From positions 50,890-114,889 of the forward strand of contig RXKC01000003.1 in NCBI GenBank assembly GCA_003962975.1: a stretch of 64,000 bases of DNA. The letters run 5' to 3'. A model generated the notes under the pieces. That model had not been told where the DNA came from. It searched no databases and saw only the letters and a program-made list of their open reading frames with translations. The position numbers and the translations under genes are program-made. The stretch is from Candidatus Saccharimonadota bacterium. GTDB lineage: Bacteria > Patescibacteriota > Saccharimonadia > Saccharimonadales > AWTP1-31. Positions 63,402-64,000 of this stretch are shown one piece after another (position 1 is the stretch's first letter; every line of letters starts with the position of its first letter).

Positions 63402-64000
63402 ATGAGGGCAGCACAAATAAAAGACTACGGTCACGCCAGTGATATTGAGATCGTGGTAGTTGATAAACCAACCGCAGGAGACGACCAGGTAGTCGTTGCC
63501 GTGCAGGCGGCAAGCATCAACCCATTCGACACCATTATTCGCGAAGGATATATGAAAGACAATATTCCGCTTAATCTACCCGTGACCCTGGGCGGTGATA
63601 TAGCTGGCGTCGTTGAGAGCGTTGGCAACAGTGTATCTAACGTTAAGGTTGGCGACACTATATACGGTCAAGCCCACGCAGTGGCTGGCAACAGCGGCGC
63701 CTTAGCTGAATTTGCCGCAACCAAAAGTGACCAAGTTGCCATAGCACCAAAAAATATCACACCGCAAGAAGCTGCCTCACTACCGCTTGTTGGCGTCAGT
63801 GCAATTCAAGGACTACTCGAACACCTCGAACTTTCATCCGGACAAAAACTATTCATACACGGCGCAGCTGGTGGCATTGGCTCAATCGCCATTCAAATTG
63901 CCAAGCACGTTGGTGCTTATGTAGCAGTAACTGCAACGGGCGACGGCATAGACTATGTAAAAAGCCTGGGCGCAGATGAAGTCATCGATTACAAAGCAAC
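63402..64000 (+). CDS. zinc-independent MDR-family NADPH:quinone oxidoreductase, N-terminal part (3' end beyond the window)
   Basis: Own translation: MRAAQIKDYGHASDIEIVVVDKPTAGDDQVVVAVQAASINPFDTIIREGY...LGGDIAGVVESVG...GQKLFIHGAAGGIGSIAIQIAK. Confidence 0.85.
   Translation, partial: MRAAQIKDYGHASDIEIVVVDKPTAGDDQVVVAVQAASINPFDTIIREGYMKDNIPLNLPVTLGGDIAGVVESVGNSVSNVKVGDTIYGQAHAVAGNSGALAEFAATKSDQVAIAPKNITPQEAASLPLVGVSAIQGLLEHLELSSGQKLFIHGAAGGIGSIAIQIAKHVGAYVAVTATGDGIDYVKSLGADEVIDYKA

Overview
This is a gene-dense 64-kb chromosomal segment, roughly 48-50% GC by eye, with short intergenic gaps and many 4-nt start/stop overlaps. All family calls come from motif recognition in my own reading of the translations; no database search was run.

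**Likely source.** The content suggests a reduced-genome, Gram-positive-like bacterium, plausibly Patescibacteria/CPR (Saccharibacteria-like). This is inference only.

**Housekeeping backbone.**
- Core genes: glyA (partial), dnaK, dnaJ, grpE, hrcA, lepA, murJ, ftsH, tilS, tgt, queA, coaB, bcp, trxA, a DEAD-box helicase and an RRM RNA-binding protein.
- RNA genes: two CAU-anticodon tRNAs, one elongator-like and one initiator-like.
- No rRNA genes or CRISPR arrays were seen. The only transposon trace is a decayed IS200/IS605 fragment.

**Accessory content, most interesting first.**
1. A translationally coupled dockerin-cargo / membrane-anchored cohesin-like gene pair (11.7-14.7 kb). It lies near a 1050-aa vWA / prealbumin-fold / DUF11 adhesin with an LAVTG sorting signal.
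2. A polyamine / envelope-associated cluster: AdoMet decarboxylase, DUF4178, DUF350 and a membrane-fused spermidine synthase. A second, degenerate fused paralog lies 2 kb downstream.
3. An extracytoplasmic flavinylation module: an FMN-binding protein, ApbE, and a polytopic-membrane / FNR-type reductase fusion.
4. An XRE-HTH::MurA fusion.
5. A four-operator CIRCE/HrcA regulon with a LysE exporter embedded between dnaK and dnaJ.
6. A low-GC RcnR/CsoR-type repressor / MauE-like / thioredoxin cassette with a perfect 19-bp palindromic operator, directly downstream of tRNA-fMet.
7. A chimeric ORF joining the first ~45 codons of an IS200/IS605 TnpA to the ATPase end of a histidine kinase.
8. Two intergenic segments with long, strong, topologically unusual helices that are candidate structured RNAs (30.61-30.74 kb and 18.89-19.02 kb).
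9. A family of secreted proteins sharing an MPxKK...GGGxMV(Y/F)RSFA leader.

**Larger-scale pattern.** Coding polarity switches from mostly minus (8-39 kb) to mostly plus (41-62 kb) around a 490-bp AT-rich gap. That pattern is origin-like, but I could not find DnaA boxes in the gap.
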